Position numbers and translations under genes: made by a program
In this document: piece by piece, positions 37,986 to 47,935 of the stretch
Layout of the letters: each line of letters starts with the position of its first letter
Numbering within the stretch: position 1 is the stretch's first letter
Assembly: GCA_964485705.1 (NCBI GenBank)
Contig: CAZALW010000001.1
Location: 1-55,063 of the forward strand
Reading direction: 5' to 3'
Origin: an uncultured Thiotrichaceae bacterium
Lineage (GTDB): Bacteria > Pseudomonadota > Gammaproteobacteria > SZUA-229
DNA: 55,063 nucleotides
The notes under the pieces: generated by a model
What the model was told of the DNA's origin: nothing
Databases searched by the model: none
The model's input: the letters and a program-made list of their open reading frames with translations, nothing else

Positions 37986-38579
37986 TTATTTTTTTACAAA
38001 ATGCAAAAGACGATTGTTTGCAGGCATTTCATAATCAGTGACTAGACGCATTCCATTATTGTTTGCTAGTAAATCTATTTCTTCAAAATGTTTGATACAA
38101 CTTTGTGGATCCTGCTGTTTTAGCCATTGGTCAAAATGCTCATTACTCTCGCTAGTATACGAACCGTTATAGTTAAAAGGACCATAAATAACTAAACGGC
38201 CATGCTGTTTTAATAAGCTGCCCGCCCCTCGGATAAAATTTACAACATCCTGCTGATGCATGATGTGAATTGAGTTCGCAGTAAAAATAGCATCCACATT
38301 CAGCTCAGGCCACTGTGACTTTGACACATCCAGTTCAAACGGTGGCTTAACATTATGGAGACCGGACTCGCCTACCCATGTATTAATACCATCAAGGTGT
38401 GACCGACAATCACTGGTATGCCATGTCAGGTGCGGCATTTTTTCTGCAAAATAAACAGCATGTTGCCCAGTACCACCACCTATTTCAAGCACACTTGAAA
38501 GCGATGAAAATAAAGGGGATATGATGGATAGAATGACCTGTTTATTTTGCTCACAAGATTCTGAATACGGTTTGTTCAT
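37986..38579 (-). CDS. class I SAM-dependent methyltransferase (DUF938-like)
   Basis: 197 aa with the SAM-binding motif VLEIGGGTGQH. Overall DUF938-like pattern, recognised from memory only. Confidence 0.6.
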   Translation of the reverse strand: MNKPYSESCEQNKQVILSIISPLFSSLSSVLEIGGGTGQHAVYFAEKMPHLTWHTSDCRSHLDGINTWVGESGLHNVKPPFELDVSKSQWPELNVDAIFTANSIHIMHQQDVVNFIRGAGSLLKQHGRLVIYGPFNYNGSYTSESNEHFDQWLKQQDPQSCIKHFEEIDLLANNNGMRLVTDYEMPANNRLLHFVKK

Positions 38580-38627
38580 ACTGTTCTGTTATAATCTATC
38601 AAAATTCATCATATTAAGACAACACTG

Positions 38628-39506
38628 ATGTGTAACCACTATACACCTCCAATTAATGTGTTTCTAAAGAAATTACAGGTAGTCCCATTCATTCTGCCCC
38701 TGCTTAGTGTCCTTTGGTGCTTATCTCCTGGCGTTATTTTTGCGGCAGAAAAACAAAGTACGTTTGGCATCACTAATTTTGCATTTTCCAGCTACCTGGG
38801 TACCGGGTTTTATGCCACCTCGGGACAGGAAGTTTTTGTTATTCAAATTCCTTTTCAATACATAATCAAAGAAAAAACAAATACTGAAGCCGGTTGGCTG
38901 ATTAATCTTCCACTTACCTTCGGCATAATCAACGTAGATAATATTGATGGTGGAAACTTACCTGATCTAAATGACGTAACAACGCTTACTTTTTTGCCCG
39001 GCATTGAATACCAGTACCCGGTCACCTCAAACTGGACAATCTCACCATTTGCAGATATTGGACTTGCTCGTGATTTTAACAATACAACAGATGTGTTAAT
39101 TACCGCTTTTGGTATTAAAAGTTATTACAATATACCCGTGTATGATTCTTTATTATCAATTGGCAACCGTTTTTTGTATGCACGAGAACGCAGTGATATC
39201 AGCAGCAATGATTCAGACTATTCACTCATTGAGACCGGATTCAATTATCGTGTAGCCAGTGATTACTCTCATGATAATGGAATTCTTTTTAGCAATTTGT
39301 ATTACATCAATTTTTATTACCCAAATAATCTTGTATTTTTCGACCAAACGCCCAATCCAATACGGGTGGGTGTCGAACATGAAGTTGGCATTACTTTTAG
39401 CAATATCCCTGATTTTTTATTCTTTGAAAAACCGGAAATTGGTGTTGGCATACGCTTTGGCAATGATCTAAATGTATTCCGTATTGTATTTGGCGCACCA
39501 TTTTAA
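38628..39506 (+). CDS. predicted outer-membrane beta-barrel protein of unknown function
   Basis: Signal peptide (cleavage near IFA-AE), alternating hydrophobic beta-strand pattern rich in Y/F/G/N, and a C-terminal FGAPF ending in Phe. I recognise no family. Confidence 0.5.
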   Translation: MCNHYTPPINVFLKKLQVVPFILPLLSVLWCLSPGVIFAAEKQSTFGITNFAFSSYLGTGFYATSGQEVFVIQIPFQYIIKEKTNTEAGWLINLPLTFGIINVDNIDGGNLPDLNDVTTLTFLPGIEYQYPVTSNWTISPFADIGLARDFNNTTDVLITAFGIKSYYNIPVYDSLLSIGNRFLYARERSDISSNDSDYSLIETGFNYRVASDYSHDNGILFSNLYYINFYYPNNLVFFDQTPNPIRVGVEHEVGITFSNIPDFLFFEKPEIGVGIRFGNDLNVFRIVFGAPF

Positions 39507-39662
39507 CATTTGATATAATATTAAACATAGCAAAATCATTTGCTTATATAACAACATGGTAGCCAGTAATAATATTTGCGACACGTTTTTTGTTTTAGTA
39601 CAATGGCATAAAACAATAACAATAAAAACAAGTTGTCACTCATCAGCTTAAAGGGGTATCAA

Positions 39663-40178
39663 ATGTCTTCAAATACAATATCAGAAGCATCAGGTGAACG
39701 TCGTGCACGCACACGAAACGAGATTAAACGTCTCATCGAAGAACGTAATACGGTACTTTCACAATATTATAATCTCGCCAAACATGCCGACGACTCGGTC
39801 AGTGATATGAGCAATACTATCGATTTACTTGAGGAATTTTGCCAGGAACTGGTTGATTACATGGCAACAGGGCATTTTGAGATTTATCGTCGTATCGAAG
39901 AAGGTAATGAACGCAGGGATGAAATAATTAAACTTGCTGAAAAAATCATGCCGCGAATTAATGACACGACTCAAATAGCGGTGGCATTTAATGACTTATA
40001 TGAAACAACAGAAAATATCAATGAGGCAGCCGTTGAACAACTGCCAAACTACCTGAGCAAACTGGGTAAAGAGCTGGCAACGCGTATTGAACTGGAGGAT
40101 CAGCTGATTAATACCCTGCTCGCCAGTACTGAAAAACCTGCCTTAGCAACGGTAAATACTGCAGAAGCAGTGGTTTAG
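39663..40178 (+). CDS. rsd: Rsd/AlgQ-family regulator of sigma D
   Basis: ATG at 39663 preceded by AAAGGGG. FCQELVDYMATGHFEIYRRI matches the Rsd core FCQSLVDYLSAGHFSIYERI. Confidence 0.75.
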   Translation: MSSNTISEASGERRARTRNEIKRLIEERNTVLSQYYNLAKHADDSVSDMSNTIDLLEEFCQELVDYMATGHFEIYRRIEEGNERRDEIIKLAEKIMPRINDTTQIAVAFNDLYETTENINEAAVEQLPNYLSKLGKELATRIELEDQLINTLLASTEKPALATVNTAEAVV

Positions 40179-40230
40179 TTGCAGAGTTCAGACTTATCTA
40201 ACAAATAAGTGTCAGGTTCGCTGATCTAGC

Positions 40231-40394
40231 GAATGACTGAGTTCGGTCATAAGCGGACACACAGAAAAAACAAACCCTCCTAACCTCCCTTTCAAAAAGG
40301 GAGGGACTAAAGCCTTTTTACCTCCCCCTTTTTTCAAAGGGGGATTGAGGGGGTTTAGTTTTTAACGTCCGTTATGTGTCGAAACCAGTCATTC
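40231..40394. mobile_element. MITE-like element, family H
   Basis: Termini GAATGACTGAGTTCGGTCATAAGCGGAC ... GTCCGTTATGTGTCGAAACCAGTCATTC. The interior has two G/C-rich hairpins (CCTCCCTTTCAAAAAGGGAGG; CCTCCCCCTTTTTTCAAAGGGGGATTGAGGGGG). Confidence 0.7.
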
Positions 40395-40418
40395 CATGTT
40401 TAATACTGCCTGCCTGAC

Positions 40419-42725
40419 TTATACATCCAGCAACGCTTCCTGTTTAGCCAAACACCAGCAGCGGTGTAAGGGTTTTCTTCTGAAATCTTCAGTTGTCGTT
40501 TTCGCTGTTATTTCTTTGATAAAACATTCCTCTTTTAAGCTGCTATCCAGTTTAAAACCTCTGGCATTGGTAGAGAAAATGATTTGCCCATCATCTGCTA
40601 GTAGTGCAAGACAGCCACTCAAAAGTGCGGCATGATCACGGTTTATATCCAGCGAGGTATCCATCTTTTTTGAGTTTGAAAAGGTTGGTGGATCAATAAA
40701 AATTAACTGATATTTCCTGTTTTCACTTTGAGCAGCATGTATCGCCTGCTGCATCCATTTTAGGCAGTCCTCACGAATATACTCATGCTCGTTTTTTGCG
40801 TAAACATTGCCTGAATACCCATTTATCGACATGTTTTCTCTTGCCCAATTTAAATATGTATTCGACATATCCACTGTTGTGGTTGACTTTGCACCACCTG
40901 ATGCAGCATAAACCGTAGCACTGCCAGTGTAGGCAAACAGATTTAAAAAACTACGTTTGTTCGCCAATGATTTAATTAGCTGACGTGTGTTTCGATGATC
41001 GAGGAATAAGCCAGTATCAATATAGTCATACATATTAATATTGAATTTTAATCCATTTTCCTGAACCATGAGCATATGGTCTTTTTTATCCTGTTTATGA
41101 TATTGTGCAGAACCTTGTTGCTTTTTGCGTACTTTTAAAACAACTTTTTCCTGTGTTGTTTCAAGAATATCAGCAACCACATCAATGACATCATTGATGC
41201 GCTGAAATGCCCGGTTTTGATCGACTGTTTTCGGTGCCTGGTATTCCTGTACATGAATCCAGTTTTCATATTTATCAATAGCAACGGCATACTGTGGTAT
41301 ATCCGCATCGTAGACCCGGTAACAACTAACCTGGTTTTTTCTTGCCCACTTTTTTAAATGTTTAACATTTTTCTTCAGGCGGTTACTAAACATCAGCGCA
41401 TGTTCTGAGGCGGTTTTATGAATACCTGCTTTATTGTCAGCAGCATCTGCATTGTTATTGTCAGTAACAACGGTATCGATACGCGCCTGTTCTTCTGACT
41501 CTGTTTCTTTTGTTGGTTTTAATTGTGCATAATTTATTAGTGAACGTATTTTGTATTGATAAAGTACAGACTTTAACGCACCATTAAATAGTGTGTTTTT
41601 ACGAAAGGCACGTAACCCCAGACTTTTTGCCAGCTCCTGTTCTGTGGTGATAATAGCCACCGTCCAGCCATCAAAATTTGCTTTTAACTGTTGTCCAAAA
41701 CGATGATACAGAGTGCGTAACATCTGAACCTGACCAATGCGTTTACCATAAGGAGGATTAGTAACCACTAAACCTACAGCCTCGGTACTCGGTGTCAGAT
41801 TTTTAGTCGCATCCTGCAAGGATATTTTTATAAAGGATGGCAACTCGGCATTTTTGATGTTGTTGCGGGCAATTCCAACAAGTTCTTCACTGTTATCACA
41901 GCCACATATAATGGGCAGCGAGCGCAAACCTTTTTGTTTTTTTTGTCGTGCATCAAGGATAATCTCATCCCATTGCTCTGAATCCTGCTGTTGCAACACA
42001 AATGGTTTCCAGTGGCTGAAACCAAATTTACGCCCTGTATTATGGCGCAATAAGCCAGGTGCTATATTGGCTGCCATCATAGCCGCTTCAATAATTAAGG
42101 TGCCACTGCCGCACATCGGGTCATAAAAAGGCAGGCCTTGCTCATAATAGTCAGACCATTTTGCACGATATAACATTGATGCTGCCAGCGTTTCACGTAA
42201 TGGCGCACTGCCTGCTGTCTGTCGATAACCACGTTTGTGTAAGGCATCACCCGATAAATCAAGATAAAGTAAACATTCCTTATCACTAAGATAAACATTA
42301 ATTCTTATATCAGGGTTTTCTCTATCAATAGTAGGCCGTTGCCCGGTATTTTGTTTAAACTGATCAACAATCGCATCTTTAACACGCAGTGTTGCATAAT
42401 GACTATTTGAAACGATTGAGTGTGAACTAAAACAATCTATTGCCAGTGTATTGTCTTCTGAAAAGTGATCTGACCAGTTAATACTGATTATTTCACTGTA
42501 CAAATCTTCATCACAAGATATTTCAAATGTTTTTAATTGCAACAGGATGCGACTGGCCACACGCGACCAGAGACAGGCTTTTAAGCCAGATATAATATCG
42601 CCAGTAAAGGCAACACCACCGGTGTGTAGTTTTGTCTCGGTGATATTGAGTTGTTCCAGTTCTTTTTGAACTAGATCTTCAACACCTTTTGAGCAGGTGG
42701 CAAAAAAATTATGTGGTGAATTCAA
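40419..42725 (-). CDS. rlmL: bifunctional 23S rRNA methyltransferase RlmKL (m2G2445/m7G2069)
   Basis: 768 aa. N-terminal THUMP-type region, NPPYG motif (VVTNPPYGKRIG) and a second C-terminal SAM-MTase domain. Confidence 0.85.
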   Translation of the reverse strand: MNSPHNFFATCSKGVEDLVQKELEQLNITETKLHTGGVAFTGDIISGLKACLWSRVASRILLQLKTFEISCDEDLYSEIISINWSDHFSEDNTLAIDCFSSHSIVSNSHYATLRVKDAIVDQFKQNTGQRPTIDRENPDIRINVYLSDKECLLYLDLSGDALHKRGYRQTAGSAPLRETLAASMLYRAKWSDYYEQGLPFYDPMCGSGTLIIEAAMMAANIAPGLLRHNTGRKFGFSHWKPFVLQQQDSEQWDEIILDARQKKQKGLRSLPIICGCDNSEELVGIARNNIKNAELPSFIKISLQDATKNLTPSTEAVGLVVTNPPYGKRIGQVQMLRTLYHRFGQQLKANFDGWTVAIITTEQELAKSLGLRAFRKNTLFNGALKSVLYQYKIRSLINYAQLKPTKETESEEQARIDTVVTDNNNADAADNKAGIHKTASEHALMFSNRLKKNVKHLKKWARKNQVSCYRVYDADIPQYAVAIDKYENWIHVQEYQAPKTVDQNRAFQRINDVIDVVADILETTQEKVVLKVRKKQQGSAQYHKQDKKDHMLMVQENGLKFNINMYDYIDTGLFLDHRNTRQLIKSLANKRSFLNLFAYTGSATVYAASGGAKSTTTVDMSNTYLNWARENMSINGYSGNVYAKNEHEYIREDCLKWMQQAIHAAQSENRKYQLIFIDPPTFSNSKKMDTSLDINRDHAALLSGCLALLADDGQIIFSTNARGFKLDSSLKEECFIKEITAKTTTEDFRRKPLHRCWCLAKQEALLDV

Positions 42726-42741
42726 GGTATTTATTTATGGA

Positions 42742-43056
42742 TTATGGTTTAATTTTTTTACTAAGTTTACTACGAAGCCAGTTAGGGTTACTTCGCTCTG
42801 GCAATACAGCAATAACATATGATGTATTGCCATTTAAATCGTAATAAATTGAATACGGAAACCTCTTTGAAGACATTCGGTAGTAACCATATTCTCTGGC
42901 ATGAACGCCAGCATAAATGATTAAAGACTCTATATCTGATAAAAGCGAATCCCAAAAATATTCACCAACCCCCTGTTCCTGTGTTTCATAGAAAAATCTC
43001 CCTTCTTCAAGGTCAGCCTCTGCTTCTGATAATATCTGAATATGCTTGATATTCAT
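42742..43056 (-). CDS. RelE/ParE-family toxin
   Basis: 104 aa with a ParE-like pattern. Overlaps the upstream 68-aa antitoxin-like gene by 4 nt. Confidence 0.65.
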   Translation of the reverse strand: MNIKHIQILSEAEADLEEGRFFYETQEQGVGEYFWDSLLSDIESLIIYAGVHAREYGYYRMSSKRFPYSIYYDLNGNTSYVIAVLPERSNPNWLRSKLSKKIKP

Positions 43057-43259
43057 TCCTCATGTTTTGATTTTAATTCTTCTAATGATATAAAATCAGC
43101 TTTACCGCTTTTAATTTTTTCTTTTCTTTGAGAGAGTATATCTTCATGCCATTTGGGTGATTTTATTCCAGTAGGTTCGCGAGTGAGAGAATCCCACAAT
43201 GCTTCCATTGTTTGAAGTCGCTCGATCACACTCATTTTTGAAATTTCGGCAATAGTCAT
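43053..43259 (-). CDS. putative addiction-module antitoxin component
   Basis: 68 aa. The pattern MSV.ERLQ.ME.LWDSL......SP.WH.D.L..R resembles the 'putative addiction module component' family. Coupled to the toxin gene. Confidence 0.65.
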   Translation of the reverse strand: MTIAEISKMSVIERLQTMEALWDSLTREPTGIKSPKWHEDILSQRKEKIKSGKADFISLEELKSKHEE

Positions 43260-43327
43260 TTAATTTTCCTCTTTAGGACACCTCTAAAAACCAAGATTTT
43301 TGTTCACGTTCAAGACGGATGGATTTC

Positions 43328-43373
43328 GAGCGTAGTGGCACATGGAAGTGCCGTTTACGAACCAAAGGATGGA
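43328..43373 (-). repeat. REP-like unit, family A
   Basis: The reverse complement reads TCCATCCTTTGGTTCGTAAACGGCACTTCCATGTGCCACTACGCTC. Confidence 0.75.
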
Positions 43374-43484
43374 GCCACTGGTGCCATAAATGCAAACATG
43401 GGCAATTTACGGCTATATCGCCTCGGATCGCAGAAATCCATTCAACGTCGAAATCGGACAAAAGATGTTTTTTAGAGATACCCT

Positions 43485-43646
43485 TTAAACTTTCTTTGCA
43501 TCCGCAGCCAGTAACACCGGAACCCCGTTTCTAACCGGATAAGCTAATTTATCTTTTTCACAAATAAATTCTTTATTTCGAGATTTATACAACAACGACC
43601 CCTTACACAATGGGCATACTAGTATTTTAAGCAGTGTTTTTTTCAT
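43485..43646 (-). CDS. ycaR: Trm112/YcaR-family small zinc-ribbon protein (UPF0434)
   Basis: 53-aa ORF that I translated by hand; it is below the 60-aa cutoff of the ORF track. Sequence: MKKTLLKILVCPLCKGSLLYKSRNKEFICEKDKLAYPVRNGVPVLLAADAKKV. It has the CPxC motif and the YP...GIPVLL-type C-terminus. The start is 14 nt downstream of the lpxK stop, as in the msbA-lpxK-ycaR synteny. Confidence 0.8.
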   Translation of the reverse strand: MKKTLLKILVCPLCKGSLLYKSRNKEFICEKDKLAYPVRNGVPVLLAADAKKV

Positions 43647-43659
43647 TATTAGCACTTAA

Positions 43660-44658
43660 CTATTGATGTAACAACGGTAACAATGTTGTATTAAGTTGCG
43701 CTTCAAGTTTACCAGAAAACTCAGCATTAACGATGACAACCCATGCATCAGGCAACGTTAAATGGCGACATTTAACGGCATCTTTTTCTGTCATTATAAT
43801 ACAATCCGACTGCCAACCTGAAAAATCATGCTGTTGATATTGATGATGATCAGCAAACGCATGTTCTATTATATTCAAACCATTTTCAGACAGTTGCTTA
43901 AAAAAACGTGCCGGATACCCTATTCCTGCTACAGCATGTATACTCGTTTTTTTTGCAAAAGAGGATAAATCCCGACTATTTTTGCCGTCTAGCTGCTTTA
44001 GATCAGTGATCTGTAATGTATATGAACAGTCATCCGGATCACTTATATCACTGCCATTATAAACAACCAAATCAACCTCTTTTAAACGGGAAACTCGCTC
44101 ACGTAGTGGTCCGGCAGGCAAACAAAAACCATTGCCAAACTTTCTTGTTGCATCGACCACCGCTATTTCAACATCTCTTTTCATGCGGTAATGCTGTAAA
44201 CCATCATCTGAAAACACAATGTCACATTGATTGTTTGCCAGCAAATATTTTATTGCAGAAACTCTATCAGCACCAACAACAACAGGAACATTGGTTCGCT
44301 GAAAAATCATCAATGGTTCATCACCAACCTGCTGCGCTCTGTCGCTGCTGACCACCTGTTTAATACCAGTAATATTGCCACCATATCCCCGGCTCACCAC
44401 ACCCGGCTTGAAGTCTTTTTCAGACACATACTCACAAAGTGAAATTAGTAATGGTGTTTTACCACTGCCGCCAGCAACGATATTACCAACCACAACAACC
44501 GGCACCTTCGTGGCAAAGCTTTTTTTTATATTTAGCTGATAAAGTTTTCGCCGGACGCTAGTGACAAGGCAATACAAACCTGACAGGGGCAATAATAATC
44601 CGACAAGCAGAATGGCTGAAACATTTGATTGGTACCAGTAATATTCTAATGATCTCAT
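43660..44658 (-). CDS. lpxK: tetraacyldisaccharide 4'-kinase
   Basis: 332 aa with P-loop GNIVAGGSGKTP. 4-nt overlap with msbA. Confidence 0.9.
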   Translation of the reverse strand: MRSLEYYWYQSNVSAILLVGLLLPLSGLYCLVTSVRRKLYQLNIKKSFATKVPVVVVGNIVAGGSGKTPLLISLCEYVSEKDFKPGVVSRGYGGNITGIKQVVSSDRAQQVGDEPLMIFQRTNVPVVVGADRVSAIKYLLANNQCDIVFSDDGLQHYRMKRDVEIAVVDATRKFGNGFCLPAGPLRERVSRLKEVDLVVYNGSDISDPDDCSYTLQITDLKQLDGKNSRDLSSFAKKTSIHAVAGIGYPARFFKQLSENGLNIIEHAFADHHQYQQHDFSGWQSDCIIMTEKDAVKCRHLTLPDAWVVIVNAEFSGKLEAQLNTTLLPLLHQ

Positions 44659-46445
44659 TGTTCAGCATTATTCTTAACGGTCATTTGATGCAAAGTGGCA
44701 TAGTGCCCATTCAATGCCAGTAATTGCTGATGTGAGCCCTTTTCTACTATGCGCCCCTTATCCATTACCACAATAACATCGGCATTCTCAATGGTTGAAA
44801 GCCGGTGTGCGATAATCAGCGTGGTACGATTTTGCATTAACTTTTCCAGCGACGATTGTATAAATCGTTCTGATTCTGTATCCAGTGCCGAGGTTGCTTC
44901 ATCAAGAATCAGCACCGGTGCGTTATTTAACAATGCACGCGCAATAGCAATTCTCTGGCGCTGTCCGCCCGACAACATCACACCTCTTTCACCTACCATG
45001 GTCTGAAAACCATCACTGGTTTCATTGATAAAATCATAAGCATAGGCGGCTTTTGTGGCAGCAACAATATCTTTCTGGCTACATGATTTCATACTGCCAT
45101 AAGCAATATTGTGTTCGATGGTGTCATTAAACAACGTTACATCCTGGCCAACATAAGAAATGTGACTACGCAAGTTATCAAGACTGTATTTTTTAATATC
45201 AACGCCATCCAGACAAATTGAGCCTTCCACTGTTTCGTAAAGCCGTGGAATCAAATTTAACAAAGTAGATTTGCCACTGCCTGAGCGTCCGACAAAAGCC
45301 ACGGTTTGCCCGGTAAAAACGGTTAAATCAATGTCCTTCAGTGCCGTATCAACCTCGCCATTATAGGTAAAATTCAGCTGTTTAAATTCAATTAAACCCT
45401 TCACCGTTTCGCAGCGAAAACCCCCTTTATCCGATTCTGCTTGTCTGTCAACAAAATTAAACACGCTTTCGGCAGCTGCTATGCCTCTTTGCAAAACGCT
45501 TACTATGGATGTTAATGATCGCACTGGTGGCAGCATCATGGACATGGCAATAAAAAAGGAAACAAAGACACCAACACTGATCTCTTCAATCATGCTATCC
45601 AGTGTTGCCATATAAACAATAAGCGCTAAAGAACAGGCGACCAGTAGCTGGACTATCGGTGAGCTCAACGCCTGCGTTTTTTGCATTCGTAAATTTTGTC
45701 GGCGATTGGTTTCATTTGCAACAGAAAACTGTTTTTCTTCGTAGACTTGCCCGCCAAATAATTTTACCACTAGCTGCCCTTTCACCGTCTCTTCTATAAT
45801 GCGAGAAACACTGCCCATACTATGTTGAATATTCTTACTGATGCGGCGAAAACGTTTTGAAACAAGAACAACAAGAAAGGCCACAGCGGGTGCGACGGTT
45901 ATAAAAATAAGTGCCAGTTTAACATTCAGGTAGAACATCCAGGCAATAAGACCTATCACAGTTAAGCTGTCCCGAATTAAAACCGTAATCGCTGTTGTTG
46001 TCGCATTTGCCACCTGCTCAACATCAAAAGAAAACTTTGATATTAATTCACCCGTGGTTGCTTTGTCATAAAAGGATTTGGGTAAGGACAACAAACGAAA
46101 AAACATTTCTTTGCGTAATTCACGTATCACATTACGACCAATCACGCTCATGCCATAACTGGCGGCAAAGGCGGCTATCACCCGAATCAGGAAAATACCA
46201 ATAATCAAAAGCGGAATCCATTTAATGGTTTCAGCGTCCCGCTCAACAAAACCACCATCCATTAACGGTTTCATTAAAGCGGCAAAAGCGGTAGAGGCAG
46301 CAGCAACAAACACCATACCAATAATGGCAACTAAAATAATGCTTTTGTAAACCAGCGCATAAGACAATAAACGGCGATAAAGGTCATAGCCGCTTACATG
46401 CTCGCTGGCAGCATCACTATTTTTAGTGTTATGTTTTTGTGACAT
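44655..46445 (-). CDS. msbA: lipid A export ABC transporter MsbA
   Basis: 596 aa. Six-TM exporter domain plus an NBD (GRSGSGKST, LSGGQRQR, ILDEATSALD). Lies upstream of lpxK. Confidence 0.9.
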   Translation of the reverse strand: MSQKHNTKNSDAASEHVSGYDLYRRLLSYALVYKSIILVAIIGMVFVAAASTAFAALMKPLMDGGFVERDAETIKWIPLLIIGIFLIRVIAAFAASYGMSVIGRNVIRELRKEMFFRLLSLPKSFYDKATTGELISKFSFDVEQVANATTTAITVLIRDSLTVIGLIAWMFYLNVKLALIFITVAPAVAFLVVLVSKRFRRISKNIQHSMGSVSRIIEETVKGQLVVKLFGGQVYEEKQFSVANETNRRQNLRMQKTQALSSPIVQLLVACSLALIVYMATLDSMIEEISVGVFVSFFIAMSMMLPPVRSLTSIVSVLQRGIAAAESVFNFVDRQAESDKGGFRCETVKGLIEFKQLNFTYNGEVDTALKDIDLTVFTGQTVAFVGRSGSGKSTLLNLIPRLYETVEGSICLDGVDIKKYSLDNLRSHISYVGQDVTLFNDTIEHNIAYGSMKSCSQKDIVAATKAAYAYDFINETSDGFQTMVGERGVMLSGGQRQRIAIARALLNNAPVLILDEATSALDTESERFIQSSLEKLMQNRTTLIIAHRLSTIENADVIVVMDKGRIVEKGSHQQLLALNGHYATLHQMTVKNNAEQ

Positions 46446-46473
46446 TTTGTGTGTGATCTACAAGAGGGTTCGT

Positions 46474-46555
46474 CTGTCATCTCGACCTAAGTGAGAGATA
46501 TTGTACAGCGGTAGTACAAGATCTCTCCTTTCGGTCGAGATGACAGTAATATTGA
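46474..46555. repeat. nested palindromic repeat in the msbA-exbD spacer
   Basis: Outer 14-bp stem CTGTCATCTCGACC / GGTCGAGATGACAG enclosing an inner GAGAGAT / ATCTCTC stem. Confidence 0.7.
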
Positions 46556-46581
46556 ACGGTAACTCTACCATTAGAAGCCAT

Positions 46582-47010
46582 CTATTTACTTTCAACAGTT
46601 GCAATGGATAATTTAGTTAAACCAATTTGTGAAGCAGCATCCATTGCTCTAACCACAGACTGATGCGGGGTATTGGCATCGGCTCTTAATACCAGAGAAA
46701 CATCCTTGATATTAAGATTTTTCTCGCTCAGTGTTTTCAGTATCGCCCGTTTTAACGTCCCCAGTTGTTGATTAACAATTTGGCGTTCATTTAAAAAATA
46801 GTTGCCTTTTGCATCAATGGATAAAACCAGCGGGTCACTTTGCTGCTGCGTAGCTTTGGTTGATGCTTCTGGTAATGACACTTTCAACTTTGTATGACGA
46901 TCAAAGGTTGTTGATACCATAAAAAAAATAAGCAGCAAAAACACCACGTCAATTAATGGCGTTAAATTGACCTCGACACTGTCTTCTTTATGGTCTGGGC
47001 GTAAGTTCAT
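46582..47010 (-). CDS. exbD: biopolymer transport protein ExbD/TolR family
   Basis: 142 aa with the N-terminal pattern VNLTPLIDVVFLLLIFFM. Confidence 0.85.
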   Translation of the reverse strand: MNLRPDHKEDSVEVNLTPLIDVVFLLLIFFMVSTTFDRHTKLKVSLPEASTKATQQQSDPLVLSIDAKGNYFLNERQIVNQQLGTLKRAILKTLSEKNLNIKDVSLVLRADANTPHQSVVRAMDAASQIGLTKLSIATVESK

Positions 47011-47050
47011 GGATGTAAGTTAATAGGCGTAAGTTAATGGGTATGACAAC

Positions 47051-47656
47051 TCAGCGATTATTATGCAACACATCAACCATTTTAATGGCTTCACGTTCCA
47101 TTATCACCACGATGCCATCAACCTTACGACGAAAGTAGCGGTAAAAAACCAGACTGATAATGGCAACCGTTAAACCCGCAGCAGTGGTAATCATCGCCTC
47201 AGAAATACCTCCGGCTAATACTGTTGGGTCACCAACACCGTATGTAGTGATGGCGGCAAATACACTTATCATGCCGACAACCGTGCCTAACAAACCGAGT
47301 AATGGAGAAATAGATGCAATAGTGCCTAATGTATTTAAGAACCGTTCCAGGTCATGAACCACTTCACGTCCGCGCTCTTCAATACATTCCTTAATACGCT
47401 CACGGCTTTCATTGCGATTAAGCAGTCCCGCACTTAATATCTGACCCAAAGCTGATTCTTTACTTAATGCTTCAATATCGCTGCGCGCCAGCTTGCCCTT
47501 CTTGACGGCACTCCATACATTTGCAACCAGATGCTCAGGTAATACCTTTTCGCGTCGCAAACTCCAGAAACGTTCTGCAATAATCGAAAAGGAAACAATG
47601 GAACACAATATGATAGGTAGCATTAACCAGCCACCGGATTTTACTAGTTCAAGCAC
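47051..47656 (-). CDS. exbB: MotA/TolQ/ExbB proton-channel family protein
   Basis: 201 aa with three TM helices and a conserved C-terminal region (GLLGTV.GM...F). Paired with exbD. Confidence 0.85.
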   Translation of the reverse strand: MLELVKSGGWLMLPIILCSIVSFSIIAERFWSLRREKVLPEHLVANVWSAVKKGKLARSDIEALSKESALGQILSAGLLNRNESRERIKECIEERGREVVHDLERFLNTLGTIASISPLLGLLGTVVGMISVFAAITTYGVGDPTVLAGGISEAMITTAAGLTVAIISLVFYRYFRRKVDGIVVIMEREAIKMVDVLHNNR

Positions 47657-47738
47657 GAGCCACCTTTGAAAACATCACCTAACTAAAATTAATCGAGAGC
47701 CGTTGATATTGTTTTTTATATCATACATCTTATATAAA

Positions 47739-47859
47739 TATTCACCACGAAGCTCACGAAGGACACGAAGATGGAACTAAATGTATCATCAAAACTGAAC
47801 GAAATGTTTTGCCCATTAATGTTAATTCCTTCGTGTTCTTCGTGAACTTCGAGGTGAAT
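47739..47859. repeat. family F-type hairpin repeat (CACGAAG subtype)
   Basis: ATTCACCACGAAGCTCACGAAGGACACGAAG ... CCTTCGTGTTCTTCGTGAACTTCGAGGTGAAT. Lies in the exbB-comEC spacer. Confidence 0.8.
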
Positions 47860-47935
47860 AAAAAACGAGCCTTACAGTTATACTGAATAGTTACCATCTT
47901 ACTTCATTTATTAACAACTCAATAGACCATTAAGC

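Noticed and set aside
43273-43534. ORFs 43273..43461 (-) and 43319..43534 (+).
   Set aside because: This is a REP family A / MITE region. The real gene here is the 53-aa ycaR-like ORF on the minus strand (43485..43646).
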